Source: a virus. From it: a stretch of DNA of 64,000 nt. Below the pieces are notes generated by a model. The model was not told the DNA's origin. It saw only the letters and a list, made by a program, of their open reading frames with translations, and did no database searches. Made by a program: the position numbers and the translations under genes. Every line of letters starts with the position of its first letter. The first letter of the stretch is position 1. Where the stretch lies: positions 1 through 64,000 of the IMG/VR virus record IMGVR_UViG_3300048065_001187. The stretch is one strand, 5' to 3'. Positions 20,101-28,028 of this stretch are shown here, one piece after another.

Positions 20101-22377
20101 GCTACTTCTCCCTACAGGAAGGATGTAAAAATATATTTGCCACCCAATCCTGACCAAAAAGATAGGATTATAAAAGTTTATAAACTTAACAGGGAAAGGA
20201 ATTTTGTAAAAGAAGGTGAACAAGCAGCTAGATATAAAGAAAAAATGTCGCTTGCGTCAGTCACGGAAATAACGCCTGTTCAATTAAATTATCCAAATTC
20301 AGTAATTGTAGGAACCAGAATTAATGCAAAAGATTCGCCTAATATGCCACAGCGAACATATAACATGCGTTTAAAGAAGGTACAAGTTCCCACTAACTAT
20401 GACCCCGAAAATCGAAAGTATGAAGGCAATTGGAGTGGTGATTTTAGTCCAGATCTAAAGTGGACAGATAACCCAGCATGGTGTCTTTACGACTTAATAT
20501 CTAATAAAAGATTCGGTGTAGGTAAATTTGGCATAAAAGAAGAGAATATAGATAGATGGACATTGTATAAAATTGCAAAATATTGTGATGAATATGTGCC
20601 AAGCGGTTATTCTCCAAAGTATAAAAAAAGAAAACTAACCAGAGACGGATCCTCAGGTGATAAACCTCAATTCAAAATAGAAGGAATAGATTCCAACGAA
20701 TCCTTTAATTCCGAATTTAATTATTCAGGCAAACAGTTAGCGATCTTTTATAATGATTCAACATATGATTCTATAAGAATACATAGTGTTAATAAAGTTA
20801 ATCGCACTATTGTGCTTGAATATGAGCCAGAAACTCAAGAATTTGAGTGTGCAGTTCAAATAGATTATCCACTAGTCGAGCCAAGGTATACCTTAAATGC
20901 ATATATAATGAATCAAGAAAATGCATTTAAATTAATTAACGAATTTGCCGCCATCTTTAGATCGTTTGCATATTGGTCTGGAGGTGCAATCAACTTTTTC
21001 CAAGACGAAAAGAAAGAGTCAGTTATGTTATTCTCTAATAATAATATTTCTGAAGAAGGTTTTAGTTATTCTAGTACGCCAAAAACATCTAGAACTAATT
21101 CATGCAATATTAAGTATGTTGACAGATATAATATGTATCGCCCGAAAATAGAAAGAGCTGAAGATAGAGAAGCTGTCAAAGAGAATAATATGATCGAGCA
21201 GAGTATTGATGGGTTCGGAATAACATCGCAAGCTCAAGCAAAGCGGGCAGCTGAATTTGTAGTCAAGAGTGCCAATCTAGAAACAGAAATTCTATCATTC
21301 AAAACCAGCATGCTTGGATCTTATCTAAAGCCAGGAGATGTGATTGATGTATTAGATAATAAAAGAACAGTAGGTAGGTTTGCCGGAAAAGCTTTAGATA
21401 TCAAGGTAGATGAACAAGGAAGAAATGCAGAAGTACTGGCTGACTACCCTATCCATTCTTTCATTGATCCATACGACAAAGAAACATGGAAAAATGTAAC
21501 ACTTTATGCCCCATCAGGAAATGAAACTATAGCATCTTTAGATTCTGATACAGATGTAACTGACGAAAAGATTGATAGCATGCGAGCTACGCAAGTGGGC
21601 GATTATTTAGTTTACGATATAGCTGAAGACGACAGAACGATGAAGTTATATAATAACATTTATGAGTTTGTCGAAGGTGACTTTACTTGGCTAGAAGCAT
21701 TAAGAGATGCAAAAACAAGAAGTGGACAAATGGCTGTGATAGAAGATGATGTCGCCCAAGACCTTATGTCCATCGTTTTGCCTAAAGATAAAACAGCGTG
21801 GCTGGGTGGATACAATAGAGAAAAACCAGATCCAGAAGCTTTATTGTGGGTAGGTTCGTCTTCTTGTGGTGATAATTTCATAAAATACGAAAATGGATGG
21901 GCCGAAGATTTCCCTAAATTTACTGATCCTCTTTTAACCGACAGAGAAGACGAAGACGAAAATATCGTAACAGATTTACCAAAAAATCCTTGGAATGTTT
22001 CTGCAGATAATCCGAGTAAATTAGGTAACTTTATTTTTGCAAGCGGATCTGAAGATCTTGAGAAGCACGGAAAATGGATGCATATGTCTGGCCATTTAAA
22101 AAGCAATTACATATTGCAAAAAACTTTTGTTGAAGACGACTACTTAAAGAAACTAAAAGATTCAGACGGAACAACTTTTATGATGGAAGATTCTGTAAAC
22201 TTTGCAGAAAAGAAACAATACAAAGTTATAAACATTACAGAAGATTCTGATGGATTATTTAGTATTCAAGCTCTACAATATAATGTAGATAAGTTTGATA
22301 ACATTGAAAAAGATTTATCTATTAGGCCGCCTCATCACCCTGTTATTTTTAACGAGGGTGGGTCGTACAACGAATAG
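17179..22377 (+). CDS. Fused tail assembly protein I and host-specificity/central tip protein J, with a C-terminal C-type lectin-like domain
   Basis: The gpI-like N-terminus is KVYLHGALGKRFG...QGSTVPVGYG. gpJ motifs include DLICEGEIDG, LNYPNS, KVQVPTNYDP, WTDNPAWCLYDLISNKRFGVG, LYKIAKYCDE, EPRYTLN and GITSQAQAKRAA. The CTLD-like part is YEFV...TWLEALRDAKTRSGQMAVI...AWLGG...W...W. Confidence 0.9.
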   Translation: MKKVYLHGALGKRFGKTWDLNVSSPGEAIAAIFANNPEVEKYLNKKQQEGVIYGIKKSGEQGFTENKEFLLSTEKDLHVFPIAQGGGGFAVSLIMTAITTAAMMYVSKKIAEAMERDDETLKVQTKSYIFNGVDNRYTQGSTVPVGYGCLNVGSQVVSACNINYDYNSEQNKILNFTNGTYSLIPDYHKSYFQDLGPLVSCFALNVFDGSSKNKFEDPGYKYIKTLFASNKFGSTDGLYGAFEDVESQLNRFTNIKRVDKTGNLIGGYFYYEYNYGKGVNTSMLGNFDAAQGNWYPEALDTVEQYRYSISYQNAIKSSYVCIQSKPQKENDILAPVFYPITFSEESIDYLKGNMSNAIDKGDVSIFPIQVGERWRGSQKQNGVGWFKLESASVSKSIDLICEGEIDGFSDHGGKALRFKKDAEVPASPNPIRYKDDDYLQAVMLDNIPIKEINKSFDYDSYNINEYDIDVGMNNAEKIGSEDQNLLEPQYLFTAYTKEINKPLYGPRILNFNNLSNLIEVEDFEKNKLYYVNQYVKFDGIAYKALKHLDQKFDKNNNYKCDEENKYESEIVYTENNNLINFYIPNPEINEYDQFAAEYVDEDNQLFYEAGDKVKNVKSDSSEYGYYKLGDDADKFLGIFDQAKSYENKAGYFVMQETVRGGPNINSQVFLITGNNNSANDSIMSIGSGITIFDEEGVDQSSDFFYFAQNHVGNITDENGNLFITETTVDSEGTESETTITLPVAQNIVAEEVDITPNGQADITENLWNEIKIESPILIESEDEQDIDEELFFTKINESEIDQNVNNRIDEENYLPHSIINPLVEEAIVSLQADELFYLYEGDHVEVTYEIGKLWRYLLKAWLAIQTAKVLYHGTKAIIAAANGAAAAASPFSAHIATFQFKEASERGLLAAKAAPLALALGVLYNTVFDRDYRWKIGTKVENSGELWPNKARFRIKYGNEGEVLYSTDVYMYGVATSPYRKDVKIYLPPNPDQKDRIIKVYKLNRERNFVKEGEQAARYKEKMSLASVTEITPVQLNYPNSVIVGTRINAKDSPNMPQRTYNMRLKKVQVPTNYDPENRKYEGNWSGDFSPDLKWTDNPAWCLYDLISNKRFGVGKFGIKEENIDRWTLYKIAKYCDEYVPSGYSPKYKKRKLTRDGSSGDKPQFKIEGIDSNESFNSEFNYSGKQLAIFYNDSTYDSIRIHSVNKVNRTIVLEYEPETQEFECAVQIDYPLVEPRYTLNAYIMNQENAFKLINEFAAIFRSFAYWSGGAINFFQDEKKESVMLFSNNNISEEGFSYSSTPKTSRTNSCNIKYVDRYNMYRPKIERAEDREAVKENNMIEQSIDGFGITSQAQAKRAAEFVVKSANLETEILSFKTSMLGSYLKPGDVIDVLDNKRTVGRFAGKALDIKVDEQGRNAEVLADYPIHSFIDPYDKETWKNVTLYAPSGNETIASLDSDTDVTDEKIDSMRATQVGDYLVYDIAEDDRTMKLYNNIYEFVEGDFTWLEALRDAKTRSGQMAVIEDDVAQDLMSIVLPKDKTAWLGGYNREKPDPEALLWVGSSSCGDNFIKYENGWAEDFPKFTDPLLTDREDEDENIVTDLPKNPWNVSADNPSKLGNFIFASGSEDLEKHGKWMHMSGHLKSNYILQKTFVEDDYLKKLKDSDGTTFMMEDSVNFAEKKQYKVINITEDSDGLFSIQALQYNVDKFDNIEKDLSIRPPHHPVIFNEGGSYNE

Positions 22378-22378
22378 C

Positions 22379-23158
22379 CTAATTAATTAAAGCAAGCATT
22401 ATTCTGGTTTCTTTTGCAGTAAGGTCTTCCCAGTTTGACGCTGATTTAATATTTTGACTTTGATATATTCCTTCTATTTGAGAATGCCACCATGTTTGAA
22501 TGTGGTTTTTCTTGAACTCAGAAAAAGAATCACAATTTAAAACTTCTTTAGCCTTATTCTGCAATAAGCTGGTAGGGCTTAATGGGTTTCCTTTTTTAGC
22601 GGGCTTTGCCGCCGGCTGACTACCGTCTGACTTATCAATCTCGTCGTCTCCGACGATATGGACGTGCAGAAAATTTCTTACGCATCTAACAAATGCACGA
22701 TTACATGCTATAGTTTCTAGGAATTTAGTTGCAAAGCTGCTAGTATTATTCAAAGTCGCGTTAGCCATATCTTGAAAAACTACAGGTTCGCCAAATGTTT
22801 CATAGTTTGGTAGAAATTTTATTTTACAAATTACAGCCACATGATCTTCTTCACATTTGACAACTTCATAAGTTATGTCAGAGAAACCTCTTAATTTAGC
22901 AAGCTCTTTTATGCCGCCAAGCTTTATAAGTAATTGGTGGTCTGCTAGCCCTTCTATTGATCGAGGTGTATCTTTACCTCTCATTTGAAACCAGCTTTTG
23001 TTGGGAAATAAATGCTCTTCTTTTACTAAGCCTCTCCAATTAACAGATCCATCTTCATTAAAAGGATACTCTACATTTTTTAGTAATCCATTTTCATCCC
23101 TAGAGAAAAGATTCGGGCCAACTGAATTATTTTTTTCGTTACTTTTTGATTTTACCAT
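22379..23158 (-). CDS. Probable single-strand annealing recombinase (Rad52/Sak/RecT-like)
   Basis: LLIKLGGIKELA...FQDMANAT...FLETIACNRAFVRCVRNFL...DEI resembles the AxxRAxxRAxR core of SSAPs. It is followed by a low-complexity linker and shares an operon with SSB. Confidence 0.55.
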   Translation of the reverse strand: MVKSKSNEKNNSVGPNLFSRDENGLLKNVEYPFNEDGSVNWRGLVKEEHLFPNKSWFQMRGKDTPRSIEGLADHQLLIKLGGIKELAKLRGFSDITYEVVKCEEDHVAVICKIKFLPNYETFGEPVVFQDMANATLNNTSSFATKFLETIACNRAFVRCVRNFLHVHIVGDDEIDKSDGSQPAAKPAKKGNPLSPTSLLQNKAKEVLNCDSFSEFKKNHIQTWWHSQIEGIYQSQNIKSASNWEDLTAKETRIMLALIN

Positions 23159-24320
23159 AATTGTATGTGTTCATGTGTTCTATTTCTTCCCAAAATTCTT
23201 CACTGTCTATAAGCTTTTGGTGGTCATCTGTTTGCTCTATGTTTATTTTCCACGCTGCTTTACTATAGTACTTCTTATTCTTTGAGATTAGTGTTTTATT
23301 GCTATGATAGAACGTATTATCACATACATCTTCGGTGAAGTCAAGATCTTTTTTTGTTTTAGGAGAATATTCTTCAACAGTATAATCAAAGAATTTCAAT
23401 CTTAAGTCTGATATTTTTTCTTTATCTTTGCATATCAAATTATAATTTATATTTAATTTACTGAGCATTTTTAGATACTCTTCATTTATTGACTCATCAC
23501 CAATAAAAATAGTCATACCTTTGATATTATGCCTAGCTCTATAAACTAAATTGATATCGATAGCTTTATTGATCATTAGATTAACACGCTTAGATAACCA
23601 ATGAGGAAGAGACTCTTCTAGTAACTCGTAATCACATCTGAGATTAATTAGGTTTTTAAAATTAAATTCTTCAGTAGGAATAAAATTGGGCACAATCTCA
23701 ATAATTTTATTAAAATAATGCTTTCCAATATTTAATGTTTCGTAAGTATCAAGATCGTTTTCTATTTCAAGACAATCTAGGACAGCTTTCGCTATGGCTT
23801 CAGGATATATTTCATTGACTCTTTTGGGCTCTTCGTTGTCTCTAAACGAAGGTTTGATTTCTGAAAAGTCCGGGGCTAGCTGAATAGTCTTTGATGATTT
23901 ATTCCAAATAGGTTTAGAGCACTCTGGATATAGGTTAGAATAAAGCCCAACAATTGGCCTGTCGTATATGCTAGCCAAATGAACCGGAAGGCTATCTATT
24001 CCTAAGTGTAGTTTTGTACCTTTTAGGATATAAGCCATTTGCTTAAATGTGGCATCAAGCGTATCATAATCACACTCAGAATAAACAGGATCGTCTGGAC
24101 CTCCTACTTGTATTATGTCAATGTTATTTGCTGAAAGCTTTTCTTTAATTAACTCAAAAACAATCTTCCATAAATCATAGTGTCTTGCTGGAGACTTTTT
24201 ATCATTAGTATGAAATGTAATATAATTATTACTGACGACAGGGTAAAAGTGCTCAGATATAATAGGCTTTCCTATTCTGACGCCCAATGACTTTGCATAT
24301 TCTTCAGCTATGTGACTCAT
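23139..24320 (-). CDS. Glycosyltransferase family 9-like protein (C-terminal GT-B domain plus an extra domain)
   Basis: IIQVGG...QMAYILKGTKLHLGIDSLPVHLASIYDRPIVGLYS is the GT9 DS-x-x-H-x-A signature. Confidence 0.8.
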   Translation of the reverse strand: MSHIAEEYAKSLGVRIGKPIISEHFYPVVSNNYITFHTNDKKSPARHYDLWKIVFELIKEKLSANNIDIIQVGGPDDPVYSECDYDTLDATFKQMAYILKGTKLHLGIDSLPVHLASIYDRPIVGLYSNLYPECSKPIWNKSSKTIQLAPDFSEIKPSFRDNEEPKRVNEIYPEAIAKAVLDCLEIENDLDTYETLNIGKHYFNKIIEIVPNFIPTEEFNFKNLINLRCDYELLEESLPHWLSKRVNLMINKAIDINLVYRARHNIKGMTIFIGDESINEEYLKMLSKLNINYNLICKDKEKISDLRLKFFDYTVEEYSPKTKKDLDFTEDVCDNTFYHSNKTLISKNKKYYSKAAWKINIEQTDDHQKLIDSEEFWEEIEHMNTYNYGKIKK

Positions 24321-24726
24321 CGTTACTGTAGTATTTTTGCTCTTTTATTTCTGAGCTTGTTAATTTATTTATTTCTTGTTTGATAAAAAATCTTCTATCG
24401 TTTTTTCTATATACAGATATGGATAAATCAATAAACTGTTGATCTAGTTGACCGTCTTTTTCTTTATTCCTTTGTAGCTCAAGTATATCCCACAGCTCTG
24501 AGTTAACAACTCTTAAGCTATCCATTAGGGTTGATAGTTCAGGTGTTTTTTTATAAAAAGGTTCACAGAGAGGTTTTAGTAAATTTAATTCATGAAGAAT
24601 GTCATTAACTTTAGACTCATCTTTAATTTTGTTCATTTTCACAGAAAGAACAGAAACCTTATCAAAAAGTTCGCCGACAGATATAGGCGTAGATATTAAA
24701 TTTGATTTACTTGTCATATATATCAA
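24304..24726 (-). CDS. DUF6165-like helical protein
   Basis: Carries the pattern PISVGELFDKVSVLSVK...LRVVNSELWDI...SVYRKNDRRFFIKQEIN...SEIKEQKYY. This family is often associated with GT9. Confidence 0.7.
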   Translation of the reverse strand: MIYMTSKSNLISTPISVGELFDKVSVLSVKMNKIKDESKVNDILHELNLLKPLCEPFYKKTPELSTLMDSLRVVNSELWDILELQRNKEKDGQLDQQFIDLSISVYRKNDRRFFIKQEINKLTSSEIKEQKYYSNDESHS

Positions 24727-26638
24727 ATTGTATTTTATCTTTACCGTTATGAGTATAATTTAAAATTCTTTGCGTGCCTATATTTGGAAGATATGCTACA
24801 TCAAAATACCCAGAGTGCTTCATGCTTCCCTCAAGTAATAAAAGTGAGTCCATCTGATCAGTATGAGGAATTAACTTATGAACAGCAGGATGATCTTCGA
24901 CGAAAGGAAAAAATGTTTTCTTTGTAATAAAATATATATTGTGTTCTGGATAGAGTTCCTTTAAATTGCTGAGCAATGAATTAACCCAAAGTACATCTCC
25001 AGCACTTCCTGGCATTACCACAGCAATTCTTTTGTCTTGACCTTCATCATCTAGTAGATCATCAAAATTAATTTCACTATTTATTTTGGCGTTTTCTTTG
25101 CTGGCAACATTTTTAAAATATTTTAATACTTCGGGGCGAGATAATCCTTTTTTAATTTGAGACATCCAATGCTTGTGACCTTGATCTATTGATGGATCAA
25201 CATCCATCATTAATATATTCTTATATATATCAATAAGCCAATCCGAGTCCGAGTTTATTTGAGGCGGATCGTAGTCAGGATTTCTTGGTTTTTCGGAAAA
25301 GTCAAAATCCCATTCCGTAAAATCCATTTCATCTATAATTTCTTCAAGCTGTTTACCTATAGCTTCAGTAGAGTAATTTTCTATAACAAATTTTCTAGCT
25401 TTTTTACCGATCTCTTTCCTCTTTTGAGGTTTCATCTTGTGGATCTTGTTAAGCTGCTTGCATATGCTGGCGGGGTAGGTACTAGCTTTTATAAATTGAG
25501 TTCCTGGCTCACGGTACTCTGCCCAATCTAATGCAAACCCTCCGCTCTCTGCTGTGCATTGATCTTCACCACAGCTGTAATTTGTGACTAGTGTTATTAG
25601 TTCGCAAAGCTTAGCTTCCTGTATGGGCAGTTCTTGGCCGCCAGATGTAAATGGATGGCAGTATACATCCATAAGATTGTATATCTCATTAAGTTGAGAT
25701 TCGGATACGCCGTGCTTGACATTTGTGGTGCTTTGAGATTCTTTACTCCCGCAATTTTTGCAGTCTAATTTTTGACCAGAGTAAGGTTTAATTTCATAGG
25801 TTTTGCATTTTTCGCAATAGTAAGTTGTGAGTATATCAAAATTATCTATACCTTTTTCTTCAATAAGCCTAGGGATATCCCAACCCTCATCCCAATGTGT
25901 GTGCAGTAATAGTTTAGAATTGACTGACGGATTTTGATCTTTGAACATTTTAAATCCATCCAGCAAATTTGGGACACTTTTTCTTAATTGATTCCTAAAT
26001 ACAAACCCGATTAAAAAACAATTAGAATCAATCTTGTGTTTTTTTCTAAGATTTAATCTAGACTCATCAGTACCTCGAAAGAAATTTTTACGATCTACTG
26101 CCCCATGAAGTGTTTTGAAATGATCGTGGCCTAACTTTTTCATTTCTCTTTCTGCAAAAGATGCCCAACCGTAATAATGCTTGATATGTGATGCAGCAGA
26201 AACAGCTAACGGAAGAATTGGCTCAGAATCTAAAGTCGTCCAAATCATACAGTTTATTTTATTCCACCATTTACGATTCCAATATTCGTTGAATGCCCAA
26301 ATATCTTCAGCTCCAATATAAATATCTGGCTTTACTTCCTTAATGATTTCGTCTATTGTTTCAGCTCCATATGCTGCAGCCCTTGCTAAGTTAGGGTCTT
26401 TATTTAATTCATTAATTCTTGATTGGTCGTTTGGTAAAGTACCAATGCATTTCCATGGCATTTTTGATAGAGGGGTGTGCGATTTAGGAAACCCATTAGC
26501 CGCCTCTATAATTTCATATTTGCCAGTAGACTGTAAATACTTTAAGATATTCTTAGAATTTTTACCAAAACCAGTAAAAGCTTTACAGTGGTTACTGTGA
26601 AAAAGTATTTTCTTTTTTCTACTCATACAAAGGTTCAA
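24707..26638 (-). CDS. GT4 glycosyltransferase with a zinc-ribbon insert, a DUF4214-like domain and a C-terminal GT9 N-domain
   Basis: GT4 motifs are TGFGKN, FRNQLRK and LNEIYNLMDVYCHPFTSGGQELPIQEA. The insert is CEKC...CKNC. The DUF4214-like part is WLIDIYKNIL..DVD..GHKHW...GLSRPEV. The GT9 N-domain is VVMPGSAGDVLW...LKELYPEHNIYFIT. Confidence 0.8.
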   Translation of the reverse strand: MNLCMSRKKKILFHSNHCKAFTGFGKNSKNILKYLQSTGKYEIIEAANGFPKSHTPLSKMPWKCIGTLPNDQSRINELNKDPNLARAAAYGAETIDEIIKEVKPDIYIGAEDIWAFNEYWNRKWWNKINCMIWTTLDSEPILPLAVSAASHIKHYYGWASFAEREMKKLGHDHFKTLHGAVDRKNFFRGTDESRLNLRKKHKIDSNCFLIGFVFRNQLRKSVPNLLDGFKMFKDQNPSVNSKLLLHTHWDEGWDIPRLIEEKGIDNFDILTTYYCEKCKTYEIKPYSGQKLDCKNCGSKESQSTTNVKHGVSESQLNEIYNLMDVYCHPFTSGGQELPIQEAKLCELITLVTNYSCGEDQCTAESGGFALDWAEYREPGTQFIKASTYPASICKQLNKIHKMKPQKRKEIGKKARKFVIENYSTEAIGKQLEEIIDEMDFTEWDFDFSEKPRNPDYDPPQINSDSDWLIDIYKNILMMDVDPSIDQGHKHWMSQIKKGLSRPEVLKYFKNVASKENAKINSEINFDDLLDDEGQDKRIAVVMPGSAGDVLWVNSLLSNLKELYPEHNIYFITKKTFFPFVEDHPAVHKLIPHTDQMDSLLLLEGSMKHSGYFDVAYLPNIGTQRILNYTHNGKDKIQFDIYDK

Positions 26639-27182
26639 TCCCTGCAGACTCAGCTTTTGTTTTGTTTGATTTATTATACCTATGTTGGTAAATTTTTTGA
26701 ATTAAGTATCTTAGAAATGAAATCAAGCATTCGCATTCGCCTGGCTCTAATGATAATTTAAATGTATTGCCACCACTTTTAGAAATGGTCATACCAAACG
26801 CAGGTATGGTTTGCTTAGATTCTTCATATTCTTTTTTCTGAGAATTATAACTCTTGATAGTTGCGACTTTATCCCAAGGAGTAAATTTAATTGATGTATT
26901 GTTTTCTCCGCTTTTATGATAAGTGCTCCACTCGTATCTTTTTTCCAAGCAATTAATAATTGAACCGCACTCAAATTCATTAAACTTAACGGTAATAGTT
27001 TTCTCTGGATTATTAGAGTTACCTTGAAATGTTCCAGAGCCATTATTCCAAGAATACTGAGCTATTCCGTTTACGAATAAAACAGGCTCTCCACTTTTTT
27101 TATCATCTCCCGCAGAGAATGAAAACCCAAAACCTGTATTACTTTTATTTGGCTTGTATATTTGTATGTTCATATTAGTCAA
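26619..27182 (-). CDS. Hypothetical protein, possibly a Whirly/PC4-like nucleic-acid-binding protein
   Basis: Two beta-sheet-plus-helix halves (ITVKFNEFECGSII and FKLSLEPGECECLI), with an N-terminal IQIYK. The resemblance is weak. Confidence 0.35.
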   Translation of the reverse strand: MTNMNIQIYKPNKSNTGFGFSFSAGDDKKSGEPVLFVNGIAQYSWNNGSGTFQGNSNNPEKTITVKFNEFECGSIINCLEKRYEWSTYHKSGENNTSIKFTPWDKVATIKSYNSQKKEYEESKQTIPAFGMTISKSGGNTFKLSLEPGECECLISFLRYLIQKIYQHRYNKSNKTKAESAGIEPLYE

Positions 27183-27561
27183 AATCTATTTTTATATTTT
27201 TATTCTCAAAACTTTTTTTCATCTGATCTGGATGCTTCGCACCTCTTCTAGTCTTAGAGTAGTTCTTATAGTATTTTTCTTTTAATGGATCAACGCCGCC
27301 GTTTTGGGAGGCTCTTTGCGCCGAAAGCTCTGCACTTCGATCCATGAGGTCGCCATAAGTTCCTTGCTTGCCTGCGGTTTTATTAACGAAGTCAGCATTA
27401 TTCCATGGGTCAATTGATGCTTCTGTGTTTAATTGAGGCAAAGAATATATGCGTTTCCATTCAGTTCCATCTTCATCTATATATTTCTTTTCATCATTCA
27501 TACCAAAAAATAATTCAGCTACTTCTTCGGTTTTTGGGTGTTGAAATAAGTATATAGGCAT
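27175..27561 (-). CDS. FmdB-like regulatory protein lacking the zinc-ribbon cysteines
   Basis: The N-terminus MPIYLFQHP...ELFFGMND...WKRIYS follows the FmdB pattern without CxxC. Confidence 0.45.
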   Translation of the reverse strand: MPIYLFQHPKTEEVAELFFGMNDEKKYIDEDGTEWKRIYSLPQLNTEASIDPWNNADFVNKTAGKQGTYGDLMDRSAELSAQRASQNGGVDPLKEKYYKNYSKTRRGAKHPDQMKKSFENKNIKIDFD

Positions 27562-27562
27562 T

Positions 27563-27859
27563 TTACTTTTTGTCTAATTTGTTGGCGGCTAATTGTATTA
27601 AATCTAGCAATGAATCAAAGAACCAGCACAAGGCAGAAGAAGCTAGCGGGAAAAGTGCATAATGAATATTTCTTTCTAGATAAAAAAATACTGCACCAAT
27701 CAAGCAACCTGTCCAAAATCCTAAACATAAACTACAATTGAATAATTCTTTCAATATATTTGATTTATTGCATATGTAAGTTCTTGGTTTGTTAAGGATA
27801 GATCCATACCTAAGGATCCACATCAAGCCAATTGATGCTATAAGTTTAAGAGTTATCAA
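27563..27859 (-). CDS. Small membrane protein (DUF1360-like)
   Basis: Hydrophobic helices with ELFNCSLCLGFW (CxxC-x-x-x-W). Confidence 0.55.
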   Translation of the reverse strand: MITLKLIASIGLMWILRYGSILNKPRTYICNKSNILKELFNCSLCLGFWTGCLIGAVFFYLERNIHYALFPLASSALCWFFDSLLDLIQLAANKLDKK

Positions 27860-28028
27860 GTTCTTTTAAAGCTTCTTGAATAACGTTTAGTTGTTCTTTA
27901 CTTAGCTTGACTTCACCGCCGAAATCATCTTTTAATGAATACATATCATCTTCGGTTTTTTTTAATGCAGGACACCTGCCTTTTCCGCAACATAACAATA
28001 CGCTGTTTCCTTCTCTTTTTATATTCAT
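27846..28028 (-). CDS. Small hypothetical Cys-containing protein
   Basis: 60-aa ORF overlapping both neighbours, containing CCGKGRCP. Confidence 0.6.
   Translation of the reverse strand: MNIKREGNSVLLCCGKGRCPALKKTEDDMYSLKDDFGGEVKLSKEQLNVIQEALKELDNS

Noticed and set aside
21661-22377. Diversity-generating retroelement target (C-type lectin at the tail tip)
   Set aside because: No reverse transcriptase or template-repeat copy was seen in the window, and the domain resembles a canonical CTLD rather than the DGR CLec type.
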